This document shows positions 36,299 through 47,868 of a stretch of 64,000 nucleotides of DNA, in pieces. The notes beneath the pieces are model-generated. The model saw only the letters and a list, made by a program, of their open reading frames with translations. It searched no databases and was not told the DNA's origin. The stretch spans positions 1 through 64,000 of the forward strand of contig CDMY01000491.1 in the NCBI GenBank assembly GCA_001179505.1, read 5' to 3'. Origin of the DNA: Vitrella brassicaformis CCMP3155. Taxonomy: Eukaryota > Protista > Chromerida. How positions within the stretch are numbered: the stretch's first letter is position 1; each line of letters starts with the position of its first letter. The position numbers were made by a program, and so were the translations under genes.

Positions 36299-38784
36299 CT
36301 AGAGAAGGGCGGGAGAGTTCACATCATCGGCTGAAGTGTCCTCGGCGAGACACCCTGAATCTCCTCGACGAGACATCCTGTCATCTCTTCGCTTCGTTGG
36401 TGGCAGGCTGATAACATACACGCCCCTGCCCTTCTCTAATGGCCGTGATTTCGACATCGTTATGGGAGATTGCTCCGTTAGAACGAGCATTGACGGGACG
36501 AAACGTGTGGTCGTACCGTCTCCAGCAGGCAACACAGGGATGGCTTGTTCGTCTGTCTCTTCCGGGACGGGCCGCTCGAACAGCCACGAAAGGGCTGATT
36601 CCTCTGGATAGACCGTCGACAGCCGCTCACTGGTTTCGACAGTTTCCTTCCTGCCCTTCCTCTTTTCTTTTATCTTCAAGTCCACCACGCCTGGTGGCGA
36701 TGGTAAGGGACGAAGAGGGATGCGCTTCAACGGCCGAGACGGGCGGGAAAGGCGGATGATATGCGTTCTTTTCTTGCACTCATGTGCGAAAGGTCCCATT
36801 CTCGAGTAGGTGAACTGCAGCACAGCCCGAGAGGTCCCCTCGGTGGCCGCTTTGCCACTTCAGTGTTGTTCCCATGCTTCATCAGGTACACCGGGACGAG
36901 GGGGCTCGTGGCTTGCAGAAAGAAGGCAGGGAACACGATAGGAGCAGCTGAAACCGTTTGGAAACACGACGTATCGTTTTTCCAGATGCAGTAGAAACGC
37001 AGGAGCCAGAGGAGGTGCAGCAAGACCATGGCTATACCGACTGCGCCAACAAGCATTGGAATGGCACTGTGGCTCCTTGGGTCCTTGCGGAACACAGCTG
37101 AAGAAGCAGAAGACACCAAGGAAGATGAAATCGCCTCAGGCACGGTGTCTTCATACCTGGTAGTGCTTCTCTCCGCAGCGGCCATCCACATGCGATCTTC
37201 TTTGACATCAAGATAAGACCGTCGTTCCTGTGTGTGACCCGAATCCCCTGTGGTGTGGCCTCATTGCCTTCATCTGTGTCAGCGATTGCTGTGCTCCATC
37301 CCTTAAGAGAGCACAAGGAGGTCTTAATATCGTATATCACCGCTCCGCATCTCCCATCGCGCATGCACCACTGATTACACTGCGTGAGCGTGTCGGCGTC
37401 GTTGGACCACAGGGTACCGCCGCGGGAGAGGAAGGAGAGGTCTCTCTCCTCAGCAAGACACCAACGGACTGGAACGATCATGAGAGAGAGAGATACGAGA
37501 GACGAAGGGAGGAAGAAAGGAAGGAAAGAGCAATGAGGGGCTTACCACAGTATCTTGGTCCGGAAGTGCCGTTGGGGTGTCGCACCTTTGCGTCTTCAAC
37601 ATGTGAGAATATCTTGCACTCGTGAGGCTCTGTGAAGGAGAAATGGCGGCATTGAGGGTGAGCCTGGCAGGTCCGCTGGCAGTCCGTGGGCGACGATATT
37701 GGGAAGGAGGGATAGTCCAGGTGACCCAGTACAGGATGGGTTCGAGGTACAGTCAACTCGCCATCTGGCGAAGGCTGGTAACGAATCGACCTCTCGTGGC
37801 AGAATATCTGGCCTGCAGAAGGGCTGAAATCCCGCAGACCGTCCCAAAATGCACGGTCTTTCTACCGTATGGGTCTGGTAGTGTGGTAACATCTGAGTGC
37901 ATCAGCGCAATCGTCAGCCGGCCATCGTTTTGCTCTACTGCCGTCTTCCTAAAGTCGCTCCGACTGAGAAGGAATGAGGATTCAAGCAGCACCCAGTCGC
38001 CACCCTCCCACGATTCTAGAAGTCTGCCACTCTCAGAGAAATCCTCCTCGTAGAGAGGTATGAACTGTCGCGTATCGTGTTCATAGGAGGAAACTCGCAC
38101 CCAATCGAATTCTGCCTTTCCAGGCAGACATCTTTCGTCGAATGACCCTCCCCAATCCTCGATATAGGGGTGGACTGCCCATACGGACTGCTGCACTTCC
38201 ATTGGCTTGGAGGGGATCCTCACGCTTTTATCAGCACTCGACACATATCTGGATTCAAAAAGCCGGAGACCGTGTGTCGTTGCCGTCGATGGCACTGCTT
38301 GAACTAACCTGATTTCGTTGCCGTCGATGAGCCATTTGACATAGTCTGGCGTCCAGTCGATGGCGAATGTGTGATACTTCTCGGCGAACGACTTTTCATC
38401 GGGGCTGCCGTGCAGCTGTTGAGAAAATATTCGGTTGCCGGCTTCACCTCCGATGATATTGCTTTGAAAATGGTACGCCTCGTCCTTTCCGAGAACCTCT
38501 ATGTCGATCTCTTGCCACTCATTGTCGTCTTCCTCACTTTTTCTCTTATACAGAAAGAATGACACCACCACGCCACTACAGTTGATGGCGCGAAACCGCG
38601 ACTCGAATCGACCGTACAGGTAGACGTCCTTGGATATTGCCCCTCCGCCCTGCAGGCGTTTCTGACAGCCGCCCCACCTCCCGTCGAAAATCAAGCCCCC
38701 ATCCTCAGCAGCAGAAGGGCACTGAGAAGCGACCAACGTCACGCACAAGGCCTCCAACCACACACATTTCACCAGCCGACCCAT
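36299..38784 (-). CDS. Type I membrane protein: signal peptide, GH16 beta-glucanase domain, two PAN/apple domains, TM, cytoplasmic tail
   Basis: LYGRFESRFRA...WQEIDIEVLGK (GH16 ExDxE), HTFAIDWTPDYVKWLIDG. Apple-like CQRTCQAHPQCRHFSF...C and CNQWCMRDGRCGAVIYD...CSLK. TM segment AIPMLVGAVGIAMVLLHLLWLL. Confidence 0.85.
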
Positions 38785-39008
38785 GGGGATCTCCTCGGCT
38801 CCCAAACAAAGAAAGTACTGCGTATTTTGTCTGGACTCGAGGTCAGACGCACTGGTTGTTCTATCAAAAGAACATAATAATGAGCTGCAGCACAGTTTTA
38901 TGAGAAGCAGGAGCAGCACAGCCACGATTCGGAAGCGAACGATGTATTGTGAATCGGTTCACTGTGTTTCCTGAGCGTCTCCTAGTCAAATCCTAGCTGG
39001 AAGGACTG

Positions 39009-39253
39009 AGTGTCAGACAGCAATCAGCCAGGCCCCATTTCATGACTGCCAGTGATCGTGCGAGCTTGGACTTGGGACTTGGTTGTGATGCGCATTCATA
39101 TCCTTTCGATGTCAGCGTGAGCGTGGCACACAGATGTCGATATATCCTTGACCCGAAAGGATATGAATGCGCATCACAACCAAGTCCCGAATCCGAGCTC
39201 GCACGATCACTGGCAGTCATGAAATGGGGCCTGGCTGATGGCTGTCTGACACT
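39009..39253. repeat. Long near-perfect inverted repeat (100-bp arms, 45-nt spacer)
   Basis: 39009-39108 is the reverse complement of 39154-39253 with about 4-5 mismatches. Confidence 0.95.
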
Positions 39254-39601
39254 GATTATCGCATGCACTGAGTATTTCTGGATGTGTGCGTATTTGTGTG
39301 TATTTGTGTGCATCCCGAATCGAACGTTTCTGAGACCGACCACCCTCCTGGTGTGCAGTCTGGGGTGGCGCAACCACGTTGCCGTCGTCCTTATGTCCTT
39401 CCGCGAGTGTGATGAGGGCTGGTGTATCGCCAGGAGAGCTGCTTGGCTGCGGCCACTCCGGTCCATCTTCGGAATTAGCGGAAGTCGTGTGCTGAGCCAA
39501 ACGAGACAGCGAGGAGCTCCAGATTCAGCCGTCGCCGCATTACAGCCGTCGCCGGGTTTGTGACTGGTAACCCGCTGGTGTAGCTATACACTGTCCTACG
39601 T

Positions 39602-40190
39602 CTAGCTTCCCAGCCAGCTGCCAAGTTGGTCTTGTAATCGCGCTTTTAGAACTGTGTAAGTGCATGCAGTGGGTCTGAGACCTGATTTCATTGCCGTCGA
39701 CGAGCCATCTGAGAGAGTCGGGGGTCTACTCGATGACGAATGTGTGAAAGTCTTCGGCAAAAGACTTGCCATGAGGACTCCCGTGCAGCTGTTGAGAAAA
39801 AAGCCTGTTGCCGGCTTCACCTCCGATGATATTGCTCTGAAAATGGTACGCCTAGTACTCTGGCCGGGCACCTCTACGTCGATCTCTTGCCACTCATTGT
39901 CGTCTTCCTCACTTGCTCTCTTAAAGAGAAAGAAGGACACCACTACGCCGCTGCAGTTGACGGCGCGAAGTCGCGACTCAAATCGGCCATACAGGTCGAC
40001 GTCCTTGCTTATTGCCCCCCTCCCTGCAGGAATTTTAGACAGTTTCGACAGTTGCCCCATCTCCCGTCGAAAATCAAGCCGCCGTCCTCGGCAGCAGAAG
40101 GGCACTGAGAAGCGACGAGGGTCACGCCTAAGGCCCCCAACCACACACACTTTGACCAGTCGACACATGTTTCTCTCTCTCTCTCTCTCT
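39602..40190 (-). pseudogene. Frameshifted partial duplicate of the GH16 gene 5' exon
   Basis: LVASQCPSAAEDGGLIFDGRWG...LYGRFESRLRAVNCSGVVVSFFLF...WQEIDVEV, with frameshifts; truncated before the PAN and TM exons. Confidence 0.9.
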
Positions 40191-40789
40191 TATCCCTGTG
40201 ATCTCCTGTTAACAACATGTGTCACAGTTGAGACAGCAAATGGGGCATGCAGTTAGAGATCTGTGAGTACGTTGCCGACTCTAGATCAGATGTTCTGGTC
40301 GCCCATGCTTCAGAGCTCAGATATCAGATGGGACTCAGAGGAGGCCACCGGGTGCTGGAAGTAGCCTGCTAGCACTCTCAGAAGCGCACCTCTGACCTTG
40401 ACATCCCCGGAGCCATATCCAATGCCTTCTTTTCTCCCTCGGCTCCGGCGCCCTTCGTCTCCGACGCATTTTTTAGTCTCCAAGAAGATGGATGTTTCGG
40501 CGAGGAGCGTATGAGGCGTTTGTACATTGCGGCAGCCCTAGAGCGACACAGAGACACTTCGAATTGATATAAAATCCCTCTGCCTTAAATGTCAGAAAGC
40601 GAATGATTTGTCTCCATGTCAAAAACCTGGCCGTTTGGCGCTCTGGCTGTGAAGCCTTTAGCGTTTTTCGGCAGTGTACAGAGATAGTGTACACAAGCGG
40701 GAACTGTACAGAACCGCTCAATTTGTTGTGGTATACGTACGGACGGATGAATTGACTGGCCTGTCTGTCTGTCTGTCTGTGTGCACGCG

Positions 40790-41830
40790 TGTGTGTGTGT
40801 CGCGTGTGTGTGTGTGTGTGTGTACGGTTGTGTTTAAACACATGGTTTTGGCCTATTGTATCCACGCATGGTTTTGGCCGGCGGTTGGTGCTGTGTCTCT
40901 CATGCGTCAGTGGAGTGGGTCTGCTGCATCCGTTTTACGGTCCACCAGCTCGCAGCCCTGCGGATGACCATGTTCGACGCCCTAGGCACCTCTGTGACGT
41001 TGCAGGTACATATTCGTTCACAAAGCACACTTCTATCCATGCAATCACCACTCTCCCGTGTCGTGTGGATGCAGTGTGTTCGGCGTGCCTTTTGGCCGTA
41101 GCTCATCTCCCTGGTACGGATCTCTACCATACTCGCTCGTTGAGCCAGGACCATATTCACTGCTGGCTTGTGTTGCATCGTATGGTGTGCGCAGGTTGGT
41201 TTGTGTGGTGTGGTTGTGAGTTGGGTCGGTTGGTACACACGGGACGTGTCACTCACTACTGCTGGTACGTTACCTGCACCGGCGCCCACTTACGTGACGC
41301 TGCCCATCCATCACATCGGTCTTTCTGTATGGATGGTGGTGCAGGGTGTGGGTCTGTGTTGTGTTTGGCTGGTCGCTTTGCACGGGGGCGTGTGATTCAC
41401 TACCATTGGTATGCTACGTGCACACACGCCTTCACACATATCGCTGCCCATCCATCACATCTCTCTCTGTGTCTGGATGGTGGTGCAAGGTGACCGTCTG
41501 ACTGTGGCATTCTGTTGGTTTTTGGTCTCTGTGGCGTGTTACGCACTATCCGTTGGTACGTTGCTTGCACCCACACCATCACACTTTGCGTTGACCATCC
41601 CCGCCATGGACTTGTGTGTGGCTGGTGTCATGTGTGTGGTGTGGTGGTGCAGTGTGTGTTTGTTGACATCTACACGCTTGTGGTGGTGACCGATACGTCT
41701 GCCCACAGCATCCGCACAGCGGTCTACCAGCGACGTTCACCTCACTTGCACACTGTTGTGTATGTGTGTGTGCATGTGTCGTGCATGTGTGGTCGTATGC
41801 TTCGACGGTGACATGGCGGGAGCAAGTGTG
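40790..41830. repeat. GT-rich region with degenerate ~130-150-bp internal repeats
   Basis: Recurrent (GC/AT)TGGTA(C/T)G(T/C)T..CTGCAC...GCTGCCCATCCATCACATC blocks near 41250, 41400 and 41545. Confidence 0.6.
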
Positions 41831-42206
41831 TCCGCGAATTGCGCTTGTACCAATTTGCGTCTTTCTGAAGAAGCTTAGGTAGCCTCGAAAAGTGCAACAT
41901 CCATAAAAAGCAGTAAATCACTGACTGGAGCACGGAACGCGCAACTTTGTGGATGATGGGTGTCCTTTATGCAGCTTGTTGAGCTTCTCCAATTGCAACT
42001 CTTCACGCAGGCAGCCAGGCCATTCCTGGCTCGTTTCTGTGCAGAGCCCCCCCTCCAAGTGTGTAAGCTCTTGGTGCATATGTCAGCCCGACCCGCTGAG
42101 ACATTGATTAAATACTGATCAGTTCCTGATCGTTTGTCAGCCCATATGTAGCGACGGCACTGAAGTTGGTCAAATACTGATTGTATGGCCAAGTGACCGA
42201 CACCAA

Positions 42207-42562
42207 CAAGGCAGACGTTCCGTGGTGGGAGAACCAGTTCCACACCGCGAGAACCGACCTTTCCAGCCAGAACCAGTTCTCTGCTGTGGAGCACCAGTTC
42301 TCTGCTGTGAAGCACCAGTTCTCTGCAGTGCAGAACCAGTTCTCTGCAGTGCAGCACCAGTTCTCTGCAGTGCAGAACCAGTTCTCTGCAGTGCAGAACC
42401 AGTTCTCTGCTGTGGAGCACCAGTTCTCTCTGTTTGAGACATGTACATGAAGAGATCCGACGACTTTGAGTCAATTCAGAGGTCATATGTACACCAGACG
42501 TCACACACACGAGGCCGCGGCAGATCAGAAGGATATGCGATATCAAAATGCCCTTCGCCCGC
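42207..42562. repeat. Dispersed module with 21-bp minisatellite (8 units), copy 1
   Basis: CCAGTTCTCTGC(A/T)GTG.AG.A repeats; the flanks match 47524-47868. Confidence 0.92.
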
Positions 42563-42862
42563 NNNNNNNNNNNNNNNNNNNNNNNNNNNNNNNNNNNNNN
42601 NNNNNNNNNNNNNNNNNNNNNNNNNNNNNNNNNNNNNNNNNNNNNNNNNNNNNNNNNNNNNNNNNNNNNNNNNNNNNNNNNNNNNNNNNNNNNNNNNNNN
42701 NNNNNNNNNNNNNNNNNNNNNNNNNNNNNNNNNNNNNNNNNNNNNNNNNNNNNNNNNNNNNNNNNNNNNNNNNNNNNNNNNNNNNNNNNNNNNNNNNNNN
42801 NNNNNNNNNNNNNNNNNNNNNNNNNNNNNNNNNNNNNNNNNNNNNNNNNNNNNNNNNNNNNN
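42563..42862. other. Assembly gap (300 N)
   Basis: Run of N. Confidence 1.
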
Positions 42863-42879
42863 TGCTGGGCAGCTACGCC

Positions 42880-44121
42880 AACGAGACCATCACAGGTCAG
42901 CTGCTACCTTTGTACACATGAGCACGACTGGCAGATGTGAAATGTTGTGTGTGTCCCTGTTTGTGTGTTGTGTGTGTGGAATGAATGCAGACATTCTCAG
43001 GATTATCGCCAGCTCCCCGCCCCCGAGGGAGGCCCCGCCTGAGATGACCTTTTCTGACGATGATGACGACAGCGATGAGGAGGACGACGAGTGAGACCCG
43101 CATGTCGATTACTAGTGCGTAGACACATCCAGGACACCCCTACATTATGTGTCTCTCTGGCGTGTGTATGCAGGTCGATTATCGCTACCTACATTTTGTA
43201 TTTTCGTGGATCTTTTTTCAACTGCTCGCCGTGTCACGTCATGCCAACCCCCTTGACAGCATCGAATCGACGCCTTGCTCGACAGAGGGATGTCTGCCAG
43301 GAGCAGACGGCGAGCCCGCATGGGCAGAATCGACAATGGCGATGTGCCGCCATCGCTGCGCAGCGCAGCACTCGCGTGTCTAGATGAGGCGAACTACATG
43401 TCAGGGCTGCACACCCGGTATGCGCACACGCACGCACATGCAGCGAAGAGCAGCCTGCAGGAAGACAGAGAGCGTGTGAAATGCGTCGTCTCATCTGGCC
43501 TTTGTTTCTGCGATGGCGCATGTCTTTCTGTGTGCACAGGCGTGACCAGCTGACGGGTGGCGAACCAGCTGACGGAGACGCCGACCAATCGCCAGACCAA
43601 CAGGTCAGAAAATACTTCAACCTCGCCTTCTGAGGAAAGGTGCTCTCACAGCCCTTTGCTGCTGCTGTTGTGTGTGTGTGCAGGGTGCGGGTGGCCTAGA
43701 GGATGTTGGTGAATCGCAACCGTCTGCTGCTGCGCCACAGGCTGGGGGCGGCGAGCAGCCACTCACGGCAGCACAGGCGTCTGTGTTCGCCGGATATCTC
43801 CAGTCGCTGCAGGTGGGAAACGAACCATTGCCACCCTCACAAACTCACACATGCATCCCTTCACTCCCTGCTTGTGCGGTGTTGGTCCCTGTGTGGTATC
43901 AGTCTGGGGTATCGGAGGCGCACGAGACGCGAGAGACCCTCGAAAGCCGAGCGGCCCAGACCCAGCCAAGACCACCGTCCCCGCCCCTTCCCCCACCCCC
44001 TTCCCCTGCACCCACCCCTCCCTCTCAGCCCGATGCCGCCCCGAGGGTAGACGAGGAGGAGTACAGAGGACTTCGAAAGCAATGCAGACGCACACGGGCA
44101 CAAGGACCGCCCAGTTGGTGA
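42880..44121 (+). pseudogene. Low-complexity multi-exon gene or remnant (acidic and Pro-rich)
   Basis: Short exon-like segments bounded by AG/GT: ...FSDDDDDSDEEDDE*, GAGGLEDVGESQPSAAAPQ..., PRPPSPPLPPPPSP. No family recognised. Confidence 0.3.
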
Positions 44122-44447
44122 CTCGCTCGGCTCCTCGCCCCAGCGCCAGGAAATAGTCCTGGAAGAGCAGCCATTCCCTTCAGCAGCGGCAGCAGCGGCC
44201 CGGCTGGTGAGCGCTCCCTCGGCAGTCCCCACGATGCATCGACCAGGGGGCATCCGCCCTCGAGTTCTCACTGGCAGAGGGGGATTTCATTTTGTCATTC
44301 ATGTGCCTCTCTGGTGTGTCTATGCAAGTCGATCATCGCTACCTACATTCTATATTTTCGTGGATCTTTTCCGCAATTGCTCGCCGTGTCTCGTCATGCC
44401 AAGCCCCCTTGACAGCATCGAATCGACGCCTTGCTGGATAGGATGCC
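43147..44447 (+). repeat. ~145-bp direct repeat pair (43147-43290 and 44302-44447)
   Basis: Both copies share ATCGCTACCTACATT...TTTTCGTGGATCTTTT...CCCCCTTGACAGCATCGAATCGACGCCTTGCT. Confidence 0.9.
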
Positions 44448-45187
44448 CTCAAGATCGGAGCAACGCGCCGTTCCCTCACATGAATGAATGCAGGAGAAGC
44501 TTGAGACATGTGAGAGGCAGCTGGTTGAGGCGCTCTCCGAGTGTTTGTCTCTTCTGGATCATCGACTGGTTTATCACCAACATAAAGGTCCGGCCCTGCA
44601 CGAACATCATCATCAATAAAAAGAGTCTGTACGTGTCGTTGGTTGGGCTGACGAAGTGACTGGCAGGACAGCGAGTAAGTATTCTCCCGTGGCCTGATGC
44701 TGCACCTCGGCGCAGCGCCATTGCATTCGGCTACAAGATGTTACTGAACTTGGGAGACCAAGCCAGCTGTCAAGTCGTCTGTGTGTGAGAGGGAGTGAGA
44801 GAGAGAAGCGGAGGAAAGGCTGGACGGCTGGATGGGTGTGTCCCTTTGTCTTGTCTGTCTGTCCGTCTGTCTGTCTGTCTCTCTGTCTAGAGGAGCATTT
44901 TGCATTTATGGCAGTAACTCAGGTGGACGGATCTCTCTGTGTGTGTGAATGCCTGCATTGCATCTATGTTAAGTGAAGTGCATACCTCGGTTTCCCTGCC
45001 GCCCACCGCACTGCCCATTCACCTCACCAGCTTGATGATACACATGTGCAAGGACAAAAGGCAAGTCGACACAGGCAGGCATCACATCACACGAACCAGC
45101 CAGCGCAAACAGTCAGCACTTAAGCCAACACCATGTATCACCCCACCAAAAGCGAGTCATCATTCTCTCAGCTACCGGTTCAATCGG

Positions 45188-46897
45188 TCAGTTGATGCCC
45201 AGCGACACCCACTGCTGGCCTGTCTGGCCGGTGACGTAGCCCAGCCGGCCCCACTGGAACTGGCAGTCGTCATTGCCCTCCTCGTTGTTGAAGCCCTTGA
45301 CCACCTCCAGCCCGTGTTGCCGCACCTCATCCAGCCGGGCGCGATGCACCACCTCGCGGAACCCCAGCCGCCTGTGTGTGTGGCGCTGCCCCGCGTCGAC
45401 AGCGAAGCACTGCAGCTGCGGCACACGCACCATCTGTCCGTCCGGCCCCCGGCTCCACCCGCCCACCACCTCCCGATTGCTGACCGTCTTGGTCGCCGCC
45501 CACTCGACGAAATGCTCGACGGCCCCCCGGACGCGCCGCTTGATTGCCGATGCGTTTGTGAGGTAGCTGTCGATGGCGGTGAGTGCGGCGGGTGGGTCGT
45601 GCAGGAAGGCCCCGATCTTCCATGCGATGGCGGCGGCCTCCTGTGGTCCGAATGAGAGTGGGGAGAGGGAGGGCGGGTGGGGGAGGGAGGCGTCCTCGTC
45701 GTTGTGGTCCACCAGAGGCAGAATGCGCGTCATGAGGATGTCGGCGTCGCGTTGGGGGCCGAGGGCGGCGTTGATGGCGTCCATGACCACGAAGGGCAGC
45801 TCGTTGAGTACAGCCACGTACTCCTTCAGCACCAGCTCACGCCGCTTGCGCTGAAGGGGTGTGTTGGTGGGAAGCACGTTTGTTGAGAGGTCGGCTCCCG
45901 CCCGCAGCAGGGACCGCACCATCAGCTTGCGGTTGCGAATCCGCTCAGCTGTCTCGTCCCGCATGTCGTCGCCGTCGTCGTTGTCGTTGTCGTTGTCGTC
46001 AAGCAGCTCTTCCAGTTGACTTGCGGCACCCCGGAGCGGCGGGGAAACACCCACCTGTGCATGGCTGATGTCAGCGGGAGTGGCGAGACGCTCGCACAGG
46101 TAGTCCACCACCCAGTGGCTTGACCAGGTCGTTATGCCGGCAGCATACCGCAGGATAAGACGCAAATTGGCCGCCGGTATGGGGTTGCCGTGCTGCACCA
46201 GGGTGTCCATGTACTCGTACGTGAAGGCCTTGGACAGAAGGGGTCGTGAAGTAGCTGCGAGGAGCACCGCAACGCCGCTCTTCGACGGATCATGCTGCAG
46301 CAGCCGGCGGGCCACACCGATGAGGGCATCGCCATAGGCTTGCGATGGCCGGAGGGGAGAGAAGCCGTCAAGGGGCAAAGATATATGGTTGACCTGATTT
46401 GTGGCCAACAGCACCTCCACTGCGTCAATGTTGCCCGTCTCGGACGCCACACGGATCGGCCGCATGCCCTCGTGATCTAGCTCGTGATCGGGATAATGGA
46501 AGTTGACGTTGGCCCCGCAGCTGATGAGCGCCTGAAGTATGTCCCGCTGCAGTTGGCGTGACGACCACGGTGTGAGCAGCAGGGGCGTCTTGAGGTCCGA
46601 ATCCATCCGCCACACAGAGGGGACGCTGCCGGTCGGGTCGTCAATCGCCAGCGACAGCAGCGGCACCCACTTGGTGCGTCGATGGACTCCAGATGCCTTC
46701 TCGCGGAAGCCGACCAGCGCGTCGGGATTGGCTCCTTTGGTCTGGATGAGTCGTGTGGCGATGGCGGGCGTTAGCTCACGGCGCAGAATACGGTGGACGA
46801 GCCGCTTGGTGGCGGGGCCGGTGTCTGTCTGCCAGCAGAGGTCGATGCCGTCACTCGGTAGAGGCAGCTGGGCGGTGCTATCGGGCTGATCGGACAT
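45188..46897 (-). CDS. Intronless ankyrin-repeat-like protein of a lineage-expanded family
   Basis: 569-aa ORF with GANPDA, PLLSLAID, ILQALISCGANVN, PIRVASETGNIDAVEVLLA, VRSLLRAGADLS. Confidence 0.85.
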   Translation of the reverse strand: MSDQPDSTAQLPLPSDGIDLCWQTDTGPATKRLVHRILRRELTPAIATRLIQTKGANPDALVGFREKASGVHRRTKWVPLLSLAIDDPTGSVPSVWRMDSDLKTPLLLTPWSSRQLQRDILQALISCGANVNFHYPDHELDHEGMRPIRVASETGNIDAVEVLLATNQVNHISLPLDGFSPLRPSQAYGDALIGVARRLLQHDPSKSGVAVLLAATSRPLLSKAFTYEYMDTLVQHGNPIPAANLRLILRYAAGITTWSSHWVVDYLCERLATPADISHAQVGVSPPLRGAASQLEELLDDNDNDNDDGDDMRDETAERIRNRKLMVRSLLRAGADLSTNVLPTNTPLQRKRRELVLKEYVAVLNELPFVVMDAINAALGPQRDADILMTRILPLVDHNDEDASLPHPPSLSPLSFGPQEAAAIAWKIGAFLHDPPAALTAIDSYLTNASAIKRRVRGAVEHFVEWAATKTVSNREVVGGWSRGPDGQMVRVPQLQCFAVDAGQRHTHRRLGFREVVHRARLDEVRQHGLEVVKGFNNEEGNDDCQFQWGRLGYVTGQTGQQWVSLGIN

Positions 46898-47199
46898 GGT
46901 GATGGACTACGTCTGCAACACAGGACTCATCAGTGCTTGCCTTCATCCCTTGCTGCCATCTCTTGTGCATGCATTTCGTGAAGCGTACCTGATTGAATCA
47001 ACAGTCGATGTGGTCGCCTGCTGCACTTGATGCCGTCACACAGATGGTTGGTTGGTTATTGTGTTTAACGAGACTCGTGTCTGTAACCCCGAGGGGATTC
47101 TGTCCATGTCACGCACTAAACTAGCAGCATGCACATGCATAGAAGCATGCACACGGCCTATCTCCCCATCCCGCCCAGCCACTCGACATGCCCGTGCCC

Positions 47200-47500
47200 C
47201 ATGATGGTAGAGAAGCGCGAAGATCTGCAAAGCTCGCTTGAGCTCGCAAAAGGGGTCCTCGATCAGGCCTGTCTGAGGTTGAAGGCCACCCTGATCACTC
47301 TTGGTGAGGTCAGCCCAACGCCACGCAGAGAGAGGACCAGCCACCACATCTTCCGTTCAGTTTGTGCATCTCCCCCCGCGGTGCAGCCATGCAGGAAGAC
47401 GTGGGCAGCCACTGCTCGTTCGCCTACTGCAAGCAGCTCGACTTCCTGCCCTTCCTCTGCAACAGATGCGGACAGCTCTTCTGCAGGATTCACAGAAGGT
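47200..47500 (+). CDS. AN1-type zinc finger (ZFAND2/AIRAP-like), 5' exons only
   Basis: DVGSHCSFAYCKQLDFLPFLCNRCGQLFCRIHR followed by a GTAAG donor. Downstream exons were not found. Confidence 0.7.
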
Positions 47501-47523
47501 AAGTAAGGAGCCGATGGCGTCGC

Positions 47524-47868
47524 CAAGGCAGACGTTCCGTGGTGGGAGAACCAGTTCCACACCGCGAGAACCGACCTTTCCAGCCAGAACCAGTTCTCTG
47601 CTGTAAATCACCAGTTCTCTGCAGTACAGCACCGGTTCTCTGCAGTGCAGCACCAGTTCTCTGCTGTCCAGCACCAGTTCTCTGCAGTGGAGCACCGGTT
47701 CTCTGCTGTCCATCACCAGTTCTCTCTGTTTGAGACATGTACATGAAGAGATCCGACGACTTTGAGTCAATTCAGAGGTCATATGTACACCAGACGTCTA
47801 TTCACAACACACACACGAGGCCGCGGCAGACCAGAAGGATATGCGATATCAAAATGCCCTTCGCCCGC
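47524..47868. repeat. Dispersed module with 21-bp minisatellite (7 units), copy 2
   Basis: Homologous to 42207-42562. Confidence 0.92.

Noticed and set aside
45188-45655. Plus-strand ORF 44939-45655 and similar antisense ORFs over GC-rich genes
   Set aside because: Shadow ORFs of real genes on the opposite strand.
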